A stretch of DNA of 37,195 nucleotides, from contig NC_068992.1 in NCBI RefSeq assembly GCF_001194135.2, forward strand, positions 14,833,680 to 14,870,874, given 5' to 3'. The translations under genes and the position numbers were made by a program. Below the pieces are notes generated by a model. It saw nothing but the letters and a program-made list of their open reading frames with translations, made no database searches and had not been told where the DNA came from. The first letter of the stretch is position 1, and the number at the start of each line of letters is the position of its first letter. Below, one piece after another: positions 11,570 through 22,500 of the stretch. This DNA is from Octopus bimaculoides. Lineage: Eukaryota.

Positions 11570-11799
11570 GTGAGTTATCACACTACATGTAACGCCATTA
11601 TCTTGATTGAATAGAAGGCTTAATACAGAATGCAAAGAGGGAAGAATTAATAGCCACTTCATCGAATGCTGGTAGTTTGTTTCCACAAAAGACCAGGAGT
11701 ATTCTTATCTAAGATCTTTTTTATATCATATTCCAGGAGATTGATCTGATTTCCTGGAATATAATTCAATAAAGAATAATGAAGTGAGGATGAGAATAA

Positions 11800-11957
11800 C
11801 TCTGGCTTTTGGTGTTAAGGAAGGGCATCCAGCCATAGAAACCATGCCAAATCAGACAGGAACCTGGTGCAGCCCTCTGGCTTATCAGCTTCAGTTAAAC
11901 TGTCTAACCCATGCCAGCATGGAGGGTGGACATTAAATGATGATGATGATGATGATT
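11800..11957 (+). mobile_element. RTE-LINE 3' end / tail repeat
   Basis: gttaaggaagggcatccagcc...aacccatgccagcatggag...ttaaatgatgatgat. Confidence 0.82.
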
Positions 11958-12350
11958 GAACCACACAAGAATCTGCTGCCAATTGTAAAGACAAGGAAAC
12001 TGAAAAGGTATGACCATGTCACAAGAAGCTCCAACCTAACAAAGACAATCCTGAATTTCACAGTGGAAGGTAGACAAAGGCCAAGGTAGACAAAAGCCAA
12101 GGTAGACAAAAGCCAAGGTAGACAAAAGCCAAGGTAGACAAAAGCCAAGATAGACAAAAGCCAAGGTATACAAAAGCCAAGGTAGACAGGCCAAGGAAAA
12201 GATGGGCTTGTCACATCAAAGAGTGGACAGACCTCAATTTTGCTGACTCACATAGGACAGCACATGACCAAGAAAAGTGGTGACATTTGGTGTAATCAGC
12301 AAATTCCACAATGGCTGCACAGTGAAGAAGAAACGGTGGATAGGATTCCA
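11957..12350 (+). mobile_element. RTE-type LINE of a second family, ORF C-terminus, containing a minisatellite
   Basis: IEPHKNLLPIVKTRKLKRYDHVTRSSNLTKTILNFTVEG...RPRKRWACHIKEWTDLNFADSHRTAHDQEKW. Confidence 0.85.
12068..12197. repeat. 16-bp minisatellite gccaaggtagacaaaa, about 7.5 copies
   Basis: Units start at 12080, 12096, 12112, 12128, 12144, 12160, 12176. Confidence 0.95.
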
Positions 12351-12531
12351 GGAGAATCATGATTTGAGGACACACTAAATGCTGAAGTTGACAAAACAGC
12401 AATAAAAACGGATTTATCGAAGGATGATAGTAGATTGTATTAGACAATTGAAGATGGCTGTGTTTCTACACCACTTCACTAACTGCTATGAAGAAAGTTA
12501 TGTTTGCTTGCATTTTATTGTAATCTTGCAG

Positions 12532-12585
12532 AACATGGGAAATTATTTAGAGCATTTCGGAAAAGATTTATGGAGGCTGAAATGA
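12532..12585 (+). CDS. Candidate terminal exon NMGNYLEHFGKDLWRLK* (the alternative phase-1 frame runs EHGKLFRAFRKRF... to 12710)
   Basis: Strong acceptor ttttattgtaatcttgcag; frame undetermined. Confidence 0.25.
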   Translation, partial: NMGNYLEHFGKDLWRLK

Positions 12586-12756
12586 ATATATTAGACGTAA
12601 CTGAAGACACCGATTCTATAAAACAAAATGCCATGAAAAATGTTGCACTGATTTTCATGAAACAATGGAACTTTTACTATGGAAAGTTATTCATTCATGG
12701 CAACACTTAACACTGATAGTATATAGTCTTATTACGACAGAGCCATCTTAATACAT

Positions 12757-12801
<45 letters not shown>

Positions 12802-12888
12802 GTGAAATTTTTGCTATTCTATGTTTGCATTGGTCAGTGAAGAAGCTTACTTTACAGCCATGTATATGCCTGTGTGTGTGTGTGCGTG

Positions 12889-12922
<34 letters not shown>

Positions 12923-13651
12923 TGTGTGTGTATCTTGGCCAACATATACTTTTATGAATTTCATTTGAGGTAAAAAAATAAGACAAAATCTGCCACTACC
13001 ACCCACTATCAAAACCCACCACCACTACCAAAACCNNNNNNNNNNNNNNNNNNNNNNNNNNNNNNNNNNNNNNNNNNNNNNNNNNNNNNNNNNNNNNNNN
13101 NNNNNNNNNNNNNNNNNNNNNNNNNNNNNNNNNNNNNNNNNNNNNNNNNNNNNNNNNNNNNNNNNNNNNNNNNNNNNNNNNNNNNNNNNNNNNNNNNNNN
13201 NNNNNNNNNNNNNNNNNNNNNNNNNNNNNNNNNNNNNNNNNNNNNNNNNNNNNNNNNNNNNNNNNNNNNNNNNNNNNNNNNNNNNNNNNNNNNNNNNNNN
13301 NNNNNNNNNNNNNNNNNNNNNNNNNNNNNNNNNNNNNNNNNNNNNNNNNNNNNNNNNNNNNNNNNNNNNNNNNNNNNNNNNNNNNNNNNNNNNNNNNNNN
13401 NNNNNNNNNNNNNNNNNNNNNNNNNNNNNNNNNNNNNNNNNNNNNNNNNNNNNNNNNNNNNNNNNNNNNNNNNNNNNNNNNNNNNNNNNNNNNNNNNNNN
13501 NNNNNNNNNNNNNNNNNNNNNNNNNNNNNNNNNNNNNNNNNNNNNNNNNNNNNNNNNNNNNNNNNNNNNNNNNNNNNNNNNNNNNNNNNNNNNNNNNNNN
13601 NNNNNNNNNNNNNNNNNNNNNNNNNNNNNNNNNNNNNNNNNNNNNNNNNNA

Positions 13652-13682
<31 letters not shown>

Positions 13683-13900
13683 ATATGTATGTATGTATAT
13701 ATATATATATGCATAATGTATATATCTATATATATATATATATGTATGCATATATCTATATGTATGTATATGAATATATATATATAAACATATATATATA
13801 ACTATACACACATATATGTATATCTGTATCTAGCTATATGCATGTGTGTGTGTATATAAATATATATTCAAGTATTCGTGTGAGTTTTATATATATATAG

Positions 13901-13931
<31 letters not shown>

Positions 13932-14296
13932 TATATACACACACACATACATACATGGGTTATATACATTTATTTGTTTACTTATTTACTGATTATAGGC
14001 TTACAGCTGTTTCAGATATGTGTTAAGATGTGTTTATGGTTCAATCTTATCCAGTGATAGACTGAAAATATAGGGAACTGCTGCTCCAAAGCTATCTTCA
14101 TCAGAGCCAAAACAAACCAACTATCCAAGAAAAAGAAGTAAAGAAAAAAGGAAGGAATTTGGTCAATGCATCAGTTTTTTTTCCAAAGAAGTAGGTCATC
14201 TGTTTTTTAGCCATCAACCTTAGGCCATTGTTGTCTCTTACCACAGGTGAATAATATTGATGTCCGAACAACTTCTTAATAATCCGTGGAATACTA

Positions 14297-14507
14297 TTGG
14301 TGAAATGGTGGCACGCTGGACGAAATGCTTAGCAGTATTTCGTTTGTCTTTATGTTCTGGGTTCAAATCCCGCCAAGGTCAACTTTGACTTTCACCCTTG
14401 CAGGGTCAATAAATTAAGTACCAGTTGTGTACTAAGGTTGATCTAATCAACTGGCCCCAGCCCCCGCCCACAAAATTTTGGGCCTTGTGACTAGAGTAGA
14501 AAAGAAA
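14297..14507 (+). mobile_element. SINE family 2, full length
   Basis: gggttcaaatccc B-box, core aggtcaactttgactttcaccc...aataaattaagtaccag, tail ggccttgtgactagagtagaaaaga. Confidence 0.85.
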
Positions 14508-15251
14508 TACTGTTGGTGATTACTACTATATTTTGAAAAAAAATTGATTCGGGGAAGTATTCATAAAAATAAACCAAATGGCAGCTATGGGACTATAATT
14601 ATTTTATAGTTGAAGGATCAAAATCTGTTTTATTTGCCTTGAAGTCATATAAGTATAAGCAGTTAACAGTAATGGTCAAAGATAGTGATCAAAGATTATA
14701 AATGAATTATAGCATATTTATGTGGTTAGTCAGGTCAAATGCATCTACAATAAGATATTCTATGCAACACGTGGACAATAATATCAGCTCACATAGCATA
14801 AATACTGGAAATAATATAATAGATGTGTCAGAATCTTTCTATTGATCTTGGTCGTATCATGTGGAGGTGAACGCAGCAATAAATGTGTCACTAATTCTTA
14901 GGAAACAGGAACTGATTCTATGTTGAGATAGGATTATGGCAAAATGGTCAACTAAATGGGTTGATTCAAACTGACCCCTGCCCTCATAGCTTATATGTAA
15001 TGTAGGTCACAAGTGTGTTGCCAGGAATATGTTCTAATCCCAAGGTCAACAAACCTCTTTTGGAGATGGGCCAGATTGGAGATGTTTTTATGTTATGCGG
15101 GACAAAGTGAATACAGATGAAACCATCACCATCACTATACATAGCTTATAGAAATATTCTGAAGTTTCTTTTGTTTTTTAACCCTGTCATGCTGTGTTCC
15201 TGTTACAGCTAAAGCAGGAATAGCTAAAATGTCATCTCTGCTAGATTCCCA

Positions 15252-15301
<50 letters not shown>

Positions 15302-15340
15302 GTCTCTCTCTATTTACACACACACACACACACACATATA

Positions 15341-15968
15341 CGAGAAGTCAAAAATTATTCGCATTTTTGCCATAACATATCTTTATTATTGTCACACTGC
15401 CTTCTGCACATGTGTGCTTATAGTTGGTACTATTGTAGTCATGTGCTCGGAGTCTGAGCCTGATCACACCATTTTTCTTTCCAGCTTTACAGCGTAAGCA
15501 TAGCCGCTCCACAAGCAATGTGGATCAAAGAAGAACAAAGAGCATTGATCTGATTTCTCTGGCTGGAAGGTGTGTCAGGTGCTGAAATTCATTGGAAGCT
15601 TTAAGAACAATATGGTGACAGCACACTGTTGCGTAGAAGTGTGTATGAGTGGATCGAGAAGTTTAAAAGTGGCCAGACAAGTGTGACACATGAAGAAGGA
15701 GCAGGATACCTGTCAACCTTAACCACTAACGAGAAGATTTTGCAAGCTCGAGAGATCACTGCTCTTTGTTCTTCTTTGGTACACATTGGTAGTGGAGTGG
15801 CCATACTTATACTATAAAGCCAGAGAAAAACAAAATGGTGTGATCAGGTTCAAACTTCAATCATGTGACCGCAATAGTACCAACTTTAAGCATGCATGCA
15901 CAGAAGGCAGTGTGACAATAATAAAGATATATTATGGTGAAAGTGCAGATAATTTTTGACTTCCCCTG
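15341..15968 (+). mobile_element. Non-autonomous mariner derivative with ~210-bp inverted arms and transposase N-terminal remnant
   Basis: Arms 15341-15551 and 15753-15968 are reverse complements (roughly 80% by eye); translation ...KEEQRALI*FLWLEGVSGAEIHWKL*EQYGDSTLLRRSVYEWIEKFKSGQTSVTHEEGAG is the mariner helix-turn-helix region. Confidence 0.9.
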
Positions 15969-15969
15969 G

Positions 15970-16000
<31 letters not shown>

Positions 16001-16002
16001 TC

Positions 16003-16239
16003 GAGTGAGGTTGTTGCCAGTGCCGCTGGACTGGCTCCTGTGCAGGTGGCATGTAAAATACACTATTTTGAGCATGGCCGTTACCAGTACCACCTGACTG
16101 GCCTTTGTGCTGGTGGCACGTAAAAGCATCCACTACACTCTGGGAGTGGTTGGTGTTAGGAAGGGCATCCAGCTGTAGAAACTCTGCCAAATCAGATTGG
16201 AGCCTGGTGTAGCGATCTGGATCACCAGTCCTCAGTAAA
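16003..16239 (+). mobile_element. RTE-LINE 3' end / tail repeat, cut by gap
   Basis: gagtggttggtgttaggaagggcatccagctgtagaaactctgccaaatcagattggagcctgg. Confidence 0.85.
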
Positions 16240-16450
16240 NNNNNNNNNNNNNNNNNNNNNNNNNNNNNNNNNNNNNNNNNNNNNNNNNNNNNNNNNNNNN
16301 NNNNNNNNNNNNNNNNNTATATATATATATATATATATTTATATGTCTTGTTCAAACAGACATGACTGCAAGAACGAATACAATAATCCTAAGATGGTAA
16401 CTGAGAGAAAATCTATGTACTTCTAACTTCTTTTTTAGTTTTTATTTCAG

Positions 16451-16503
16451 ATACTAATGAGTACAAATATGGCGATTACAATTTTCTTTTTATGAATACC
16501 TGA
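16451..16503 (+). CDS. Candidate terminal exon (D)TNEYKYGDYNFLFMNT*
   Basis: Very strong acceptor ttttttagtttttatttcag; stop followed by AATAAA at 16528-16533. Confidence 0.35.
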
Positions 16504-16879
16504 GTCTTTTTCTATAGCAACATGAAGAATAAAAACTATAATCCATTTTAACATCTAATCTCCTCCATTATATAAATATGAATGAATTTGTTGAACTATG
16601 TTTAATAAGTTAAATTATATACTCATTATTTCTATTCAAGTTCTCATACCTATACGAATTTATATAAGTAAATTCAAAAGTAAAGTATGAAGAAAAGACA
16701 TTAGAAATCTTTGGAAATAATTCCAATTAAAGGACAAACTTACATTCATTGGATAAAAAAAAATATATATAATATATATATAAGAGAAAAAAAAGAAAAT
16801 GGATATTGGGAAGTTAATAATTGTTTATTATTAACAGCAAATTAATCCTCTTCATTTACATATATATATGATTGATTAC

Positions 16880-17050
16880 TAGTCACTAAACCTTTTTTTA
16901 TTTTCTTTCTCTGTTTATTTCTGTGTTCCTTTCTGTTGAAGAGCAAAGGCTCGAAACGTAAAAGACTTTCTCACTTCCTGAATATTAAACTAATGCATCT
17001 TCTTGTTGTTTACACACCCGTCATCGTCTTTTGTTTGTTTTTTTTTTTTG
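16880..17050 (+). mobile_element. Probable Penelope-like element terminal remnant
   Basis: Contains ctgttgaagagcaaaggctcgaaacgtaaaag, the hammerhead-like signature of Penelope pseudo-LTRs; no ORF. Confidence 0.5.
16929..16964 (+). ncRNA. Degenerate minimal hammerhead-like motif
   Basis: Stem I CUUU/AAAG, core CUGUUGA(A), stem II GAGC-AAAG-GCUC, GAAA, palindromic ACGU, GUA triplet. Confidence 0.4.
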
Positions 17051-17329
17051 TAAATTCCAACTATATATAATACAATAATAACTATAATAATATATATTCT
17101 CTAATTTAAAGCAACATTTATATATAAACAAATTGACTGAAAAATGATGAGCTAACCCTAGCCAGAATCAAACCCACATGGCTACATACGCATCTGATTG
17201 GGCCAAACACTCACCCATCAATTTCAGCCAAATTTTACATATATATACATAAACTGTCTAATGCTACATATAATATTTATGAACAAACCAGAGGACTTTG
17301 TAATTTATGGAGAGAAAACACCTAGTTTA

Positions 17330-17560
17330 CACTCTAAAGTGGTTGGCATATGGAAGTCCATCCAGCTGTAGAAACCCTGCCAAAACAGGTATTGGGGTAA
17401 GTCGCAGCCCTTGGACACCTTGGATCCTATCAAAACCTTCCAACCCATGCCAGCATGGAACACAGATGTTAAATGATGATGGTGATGACGACGATGATGA
17501 TAATGATTATGATGATGACGATGATGATGATTAATGATGATGATGATAATGATGATGATG
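17330..17560 (+). mobile_element. RTE-LINE 3' end with expanded (GAT)n tail
   Basis: tccagctgtagaaaccctgccaa...ccaacccatgccagcatggaa...gttaaatgatgat. Confidence 0.8.
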
Positions 17561-17887
17561 ATTCTGCTCTTCCCGACGGCAAAACAAACCAACACTTCAG
17601 TTTTCCAATTAATAATACACCAATTCCAATATCCTTTTTTTTTGTTTTATCATTTTTATTTCCTTTTACCGGAAAATAAATTCTTCACCTCTCTCTCTCT
17701 CTCCCCCCTTCATTCCGTTTAACTCGATTCTTGGTGTTTTTGGTCTGTTACTGTGTTCTTGTGTTCTCTTACAATATTTTTATTGTTGCTGTTGATGTTG
17801 TTGCAGTTGTGTTTGGGATTCTTTTTTATCTTTTTTTGCTAGTTTATAAACCATCCGTGGTTGTTTCTGCTGCTGCTACATATGCAA

Positions 17888-17926
<39 letters not shown>

Positions 17927-17988
17927 AGCTAGCGGCAGCAGCATGAGCACCACCACCACCACCCCTCCTCCTCCTCTTACTACTACTA

Positions 17989-18062
<74 letters not shown>

Positions 18063-18423
18063 GTTTTAATGTTTAAAAGCTATATAATTTGTAGTTCCTT
18101 TCTTTTTTGCCATTACTGTTTGTTGCTGGTGCAAATGTTGTTGTTGGTGGTGGTGGTGTTGTTTGGTTGCTGTTCATCATGATGCTACCGTTTCCATTGT
18201 TGTTGCTCTTGGTATTTTGCATAGGTTAATCATACACATTATTCTTGCCATACATTTCCCTACTTATGTATTTATTTATTTATTTAATACCTTATGTACT
18301 TTTACCATCTTGTTTTAATAATAATTATAAAGTATCATTTTTCAAAGTCAAGTTTCGTTGGAACTCCTGGAATCTTGCATGGGAAGTGGGTTTGCTACAT
18401 GCAACCTGCAGTATCATACTCTT

Positions 18424-18630
18424 TACTCTTTGAATTGTTTCAGTCATTTGACTGCGGCCATGCTGGAGCACCGTCTTTAGTCGAGCAAATCGACCCCAGG
18501 ACTTATTCATTGGAAGCCTAGTACTTATTCTATCAGTCTCTTTTGCCGAACCACTAAGTTACGGGGACGTAAACACACAAGCAATGGTTGTCAAGCGATG
18601 TTGGAGGGACAAACACAGACGCACAAACAT

Positions 18631-18665
<35 letters not shown>

Positions 18666-18675
18666 CGACAGGTCT
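18424..18675 (-). mobile_element. SINE family 1, 3' half
   Basis: tttcagtcatttgactgcggccatgctggagcacc...taagttacggggacgtaaacac. Confidence 0.9.
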
Positions 18676-19611
18676 GGTCTTTCTTAAATTGTATTAGATC
18701 TACAGCTTTGTTCACTTTTAAGGTTCCCTGCATTTTCACTGCTTCAATCATTTCTTCTTTACTCCCCTTGACATACCAAGCCAGGCTATTCTCCTCTTCT
18801 CTTACACAACACACCAATCCCCGCCCCCTTCTTTCCTCTTTACATACAATCTTGACACATCATTCTTAGGCGTAGTTCCTTGTTCATTGTCATTAATTTA
18901 CGTGTTCTCTGGTCTATTGCTTGTAATTCATTCTTCTTCCAAGATGCTATTCCTGCCGTGGAGGTGCAATGGCCCAGTGGTTAGGGCAGCGTACTCGCGG
19001 TCATAGGATCGCGGTTTCAATTCCCAGACTGGGCGTTGTGAGTGTTTATTGAGCGAAAACACCTAAAGCTCCACGAGGCCCAGGCAGGGGATGGTGGTGA
19101 ACCCTGCTGTACTCTTTTACCACAACTTTCTCTCACTCTTACTTCCTGTTTCTGTTGTGCCTGTAATTCAAGGAGTCAGCCTTGTCACACTGTGTCACGC
19201 TGAATATCCCCAAGAACTACGTTAAGGGTACACGTGTCTGTGGAGTGCTCAGCCACTTGCACGTTAATTTCACGAGCAGGCTGTTCTGTTGATCGGATGA
19301 ACTGGAACCCTCAACGTCGTAAGCGACGGAGTGCCAGCAACAACAACTATTCCTGATCCATGTCTCATCAAAGCAACCACCCACATGTTAATTTCTCTAA
19401 TCTTATAGTGGCCATTTAGCTTCGATTAGAGTACAATCCAAGTTCTCCTCAAATACTCTTTCCTGTACATTTCTTTCATCTCGTTTTCATTCATCTTACC
19501 ACTTTCAATGATACCCAGGTACTTATATCTTTCCACTCCAACTTCCCTTATAGTTTCCCTACCTTTGTTTTAATTCCTCAATCCCAACATTGATTCCCTT
19601 TCTCCTTACCC
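18676..19611 (-). mobile_element. R4/Dong-type LINE fragment (RT C-terminal region) interrupted by a SINE
   Basis: RYKYLGIIESGKMNENEMKEMYRKEYLRRTWIVL*SKLNGHYKIREINMWVVALMRHGSGIASWKKNELQAIDQRTRKLMTMN...DVSRLYVKRKEGG...EEENSLAWYVKGSKEEMIEAVK. Confidence 0.85.
18956..19346 (+). mobile_element. tRNA-headed SINE family 3, full length, with 9-bp TSD
   Basis: Head ggaggtgcaatggcccagtggttagggc...ggtttcaattccc; (caa)n tail; ctattcctg at 18947-18955 and 19347-19355. Confidence 0.93.
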
Positions 19612-19669
<58 letters not shown>

Positions 19670-20046
19670 GGTATTATTTTACTCTGCTGGTTTTTTGCAG
19701 TTGCATTTTGTAATGTTGTGAATTTTTTTTTTTTTTTTTTTTTTTCAATATTTTTTAGCCTTTCTTCTGATTTGTTTGTCTCGTGTGAATTTGTTTATTT
19801 ATGAGGTCAATGAGAACTTTCCAAGCATTCATCTTGAAACTCATTTAGCTAATAAATTTTGACACTTCTATAAAAAAGGTATTTTTTTTTTTTTTTGCAA
19901 CAGTGAATTTCATTGGAAATTATCGCTCATATGCCCATGTAAATATTCTGAAGTTCAACAAGTGGTGACCTTTCACTTAAAGTAAATCGTTTTTGTTTAC
20001 TCTAATTTTTTCATAGCAATTAGCTATTTATTAGTTTTAATTAGAT

Positions 20047-20268
20047 AAAGGCTGCAAGCTGACAGAATCGTTAGTATGCTGGGTGAAATGCCTAGTGGTA
20101 TTTTGTCTGCTGCTATGTTCTGAGTTAAATTCCACTGAGGTCAGCTTTGCCTTTCCATCCTCTTGGGGGTTGATAAATTAAGTACCAGTCAACTACTGAG
20201 GTTGATGTGATCGACTTACCCTACTCCCCTAAAATTTCAGGCCTTGTGCCTATAGTAAAAAGGATTAT
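20047..20268 (+). mobile_element. SINE family 2, full length
   Basis: aaggctgcaagctgacagaatcgttag head; core; tail ggccttgtgcctatagtaaaaaggatt. Confidence 0.87.
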
Positions 20269-20371
20269 TTTTAATTAGATAAATAAAATTTTTTTTTCCT
20301 TGAGAAAGCAAAGGGTAATATTTTTAAAAGAAAATGAAAATTCTTGATTTAATTTTAGTTTTATATAAAGA

Positions 20372-20587
20372 CAGTGAGTGGGAGAAATTGTTAATGTGCC
20401 AGACAAAATACTTAGCAGCATTTCTTCTGACTCTCTATGTCCTGAGTTCAAACTCTGCTGAGGTCAGTTTTGACTTTCACTATTTTGGGATTGATAAATA
20501 AGTATGAGTTAAGTACTACGGTTGGTGTAATCAACTAGTCCCCTTTTCCAGCAATTTCAGGCCTTGTGCCTATAGTAGAAAGGATTT
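20372..20587 (+). mobile_element. SINE family 2, full length
   Basis: gagttcaaactc B-box; tail ggccttgtgcctatagtagaaaggatt. Confidence 0.85.
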
Positions 20588-20629
20588 CGGTTATCTTGGA
20601 ATTATTTCTGTGCTGGCAAAGCAGTCATT

Positions 20630-21125
20630 ATGAAGGTTGTTTTGTGGCATTGTGTTTCCAAGTTTGATTCCATTACACAAGGTCTTCTGCTATAGTGCTG
20701 GGTTGATCAATGGTTTGTGAGTGAATTTGGTTGATAGAAACTGTACAGAAACTGAAGTCTCAGGTTCAGCCCCACTGCCTGGCACCTTGGGCAAGTGTCT
20801 TATACTATAGCCCTGAGCAAATAAATATCTAACGAGTGGATTTAGTAGATGGAAACTGTACAAAGTTGTCTTAAACATTAGAAATTCTACTCTCCAAACC
20901 ATGTCTGTCAACATCAAAGGCACAGAATGAGGAAACTTGCTGCATGGGCAAGTATTTACCTTCTCTATAAAACCTAACACTGATATAAAACCGAGACTGA
21001 TAGAATAAGTAACAGGCTTAAATATAGAATAAGTCCTGGGGTCGATTTGTTTGACTGAAACCCTTTAAGGTGGTACTCCAGCATGGCCGCAGTCAGATGG
21101 CTGAAACAAGTAAAAGATGAAAGAT
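20630..21125 (+). mobile_element. Cluster of SINE family 1 fragments (two partial bodies and a 3' end)
   Basis: ggcaccttgggcaagtgtctt at about 20781; tail ccagcatggccgcagtc...ctgaaacaagtaaaaga near 21080-21117. Confidence 0.75.
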
Positions 21126-22195
21126 ATATTGATGATTCTAGATCAGTGATGAAAAACCTTTGTCCTAAGGGTCAGCAGTGATATGCTACAGCTTTTCGGG
21201 TCACACATAATGGATTTAAAAAAAACTCATATATACAATATCATGTTATAAAAAAAAAGAAAGCTTACTAAATTTGACACAAAATCCTAAAACTTGAAAA
21301 CAAAATCTCAAAATTTTTACTTTTTAGTTTTGTCGAATGATGCCATTCCTCGCATTAAAACCAATGAATTAAAAGTCACTTTGTCAAGTAATTCACAGAA
21401 TCTGTTGGTAATCCCATACTTTATTTGCCTTGTGTTATACATCAGGAAGCATTGTGTGTGAAAGTAGGCATCAGAGACTTTAATGATGTGATGGGAGCTG
21501 TGTGATAAAGCTTATTAATTTGATGGCTATCACAGCTTTGCATAACGAGAATTTAATTTACTTTTGAATGAAGTCAAGCCAGTTGACAATTCTATTCTAA
21601 TGTACAGTAATGGTTAGTGGTCGAGTTGTGGTCAAGTACTTGAATGATTTCTTTTTGAATGCTTAAATGGATATCAGATTATCTTTACATGTTTGCTTGA
21701 ACCCTGATCAGCTAAGGTTGTTACAATAACCATGTAATTTATATCCCGCCCCCAGTCATGGTTGGGCTGTTGGCAAATAAACCAGCAACCTCAACCAGTT
21801 TGTCTGAATGAGGAGGGTTGGAGGGTTCCCTGTTGCACTATCTTTAGATATGAAAAGCATGAAGTACAATATTTGCTTAGCATGTTACACTTATGTTTCC
21901 TACAGTTGTTTCATTACTGTATTTCCTGGCATACAAATCCATGTAGCGTATAATGTAAACATGCAGAGTAAACATTTAAGCATTGTCACCATATTTCTAA
22001 TTCTTGCTGCATTTTACACGAGATTTTCGGCCCTCCAGGGTAGTCTTTATGATTATGCTGGCCTACATTTTTTGACTATATATGTTGATGTGAAAAATTC
22101 GACTTGTATGCTGGAAAATTTTGTACATCTAAATGACTTCGATATTAGTTTACGAAATGTTTGAAAAACTGATTGATGTAATGTATGGTTTGATC

Positions 22196-22500
22196 CGTGG
22201 AGGCGCAATGGCCCAGTGGTTAGGGCAGCGGACTCGTGGTCATAGGATCGCGGTTTCGATTCCCAGACCAGGCGTTGTGAGTGTTTATTGAGCGAAAACG
22301 CCTAAAGCTCCACGAGGCTCCGGCAGGGGATGGTGGCAAACCCTGCTGTACTCTTTCACCACAACTTTCTCTCACTCTTACTTCCTGCTTCTGTTGTGCC
22401 TATAATTCAAAGGGTCAGCCTTGTCACACTCTGTGTCACGCTGAATATCCCCGAGAACTAAGTTAAGGGTAAACGTGTCTGTGGAGTGCTCAGCCATTTG
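22196..22500 (+). mobile_element. SINE family 3, cut by gap
   Basis: Closely matches 18956-19255. Confidence 0.93.

Noticed and set aside
10440-11760. Mitochondrial insertion or alternative genetic code for the AT-rich - strand frames
   Set aside because: Recoding with the invertebrate mitochondrial table does not give any recognisable mitochondrial protein, and TAA stops remain.
12068-12197. CRISPR-like array
   Set aside because: Units are contiguous with no spacers, inside a eukaryotic LINE.
10636-16503. Assignment of the + strand exons to GPR155 from short matches (LYVE, DL.SW, TNEY)
   Set aside because: Matches are 3-4 residues, spacing does not fit and the comparison is from memory; needs a real alignment.
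18956-19030. tRNA gene (also 22196-22270 and 35180-35253)
   Set aside because: A and B boxes are present but they are SINE heads that run into SINE bodies; no complete cloverleaf.
21143-21200. hAT-like terminus (cagtgatgaaaaacctt)
   Set aside because: No matching second end or TSD found.
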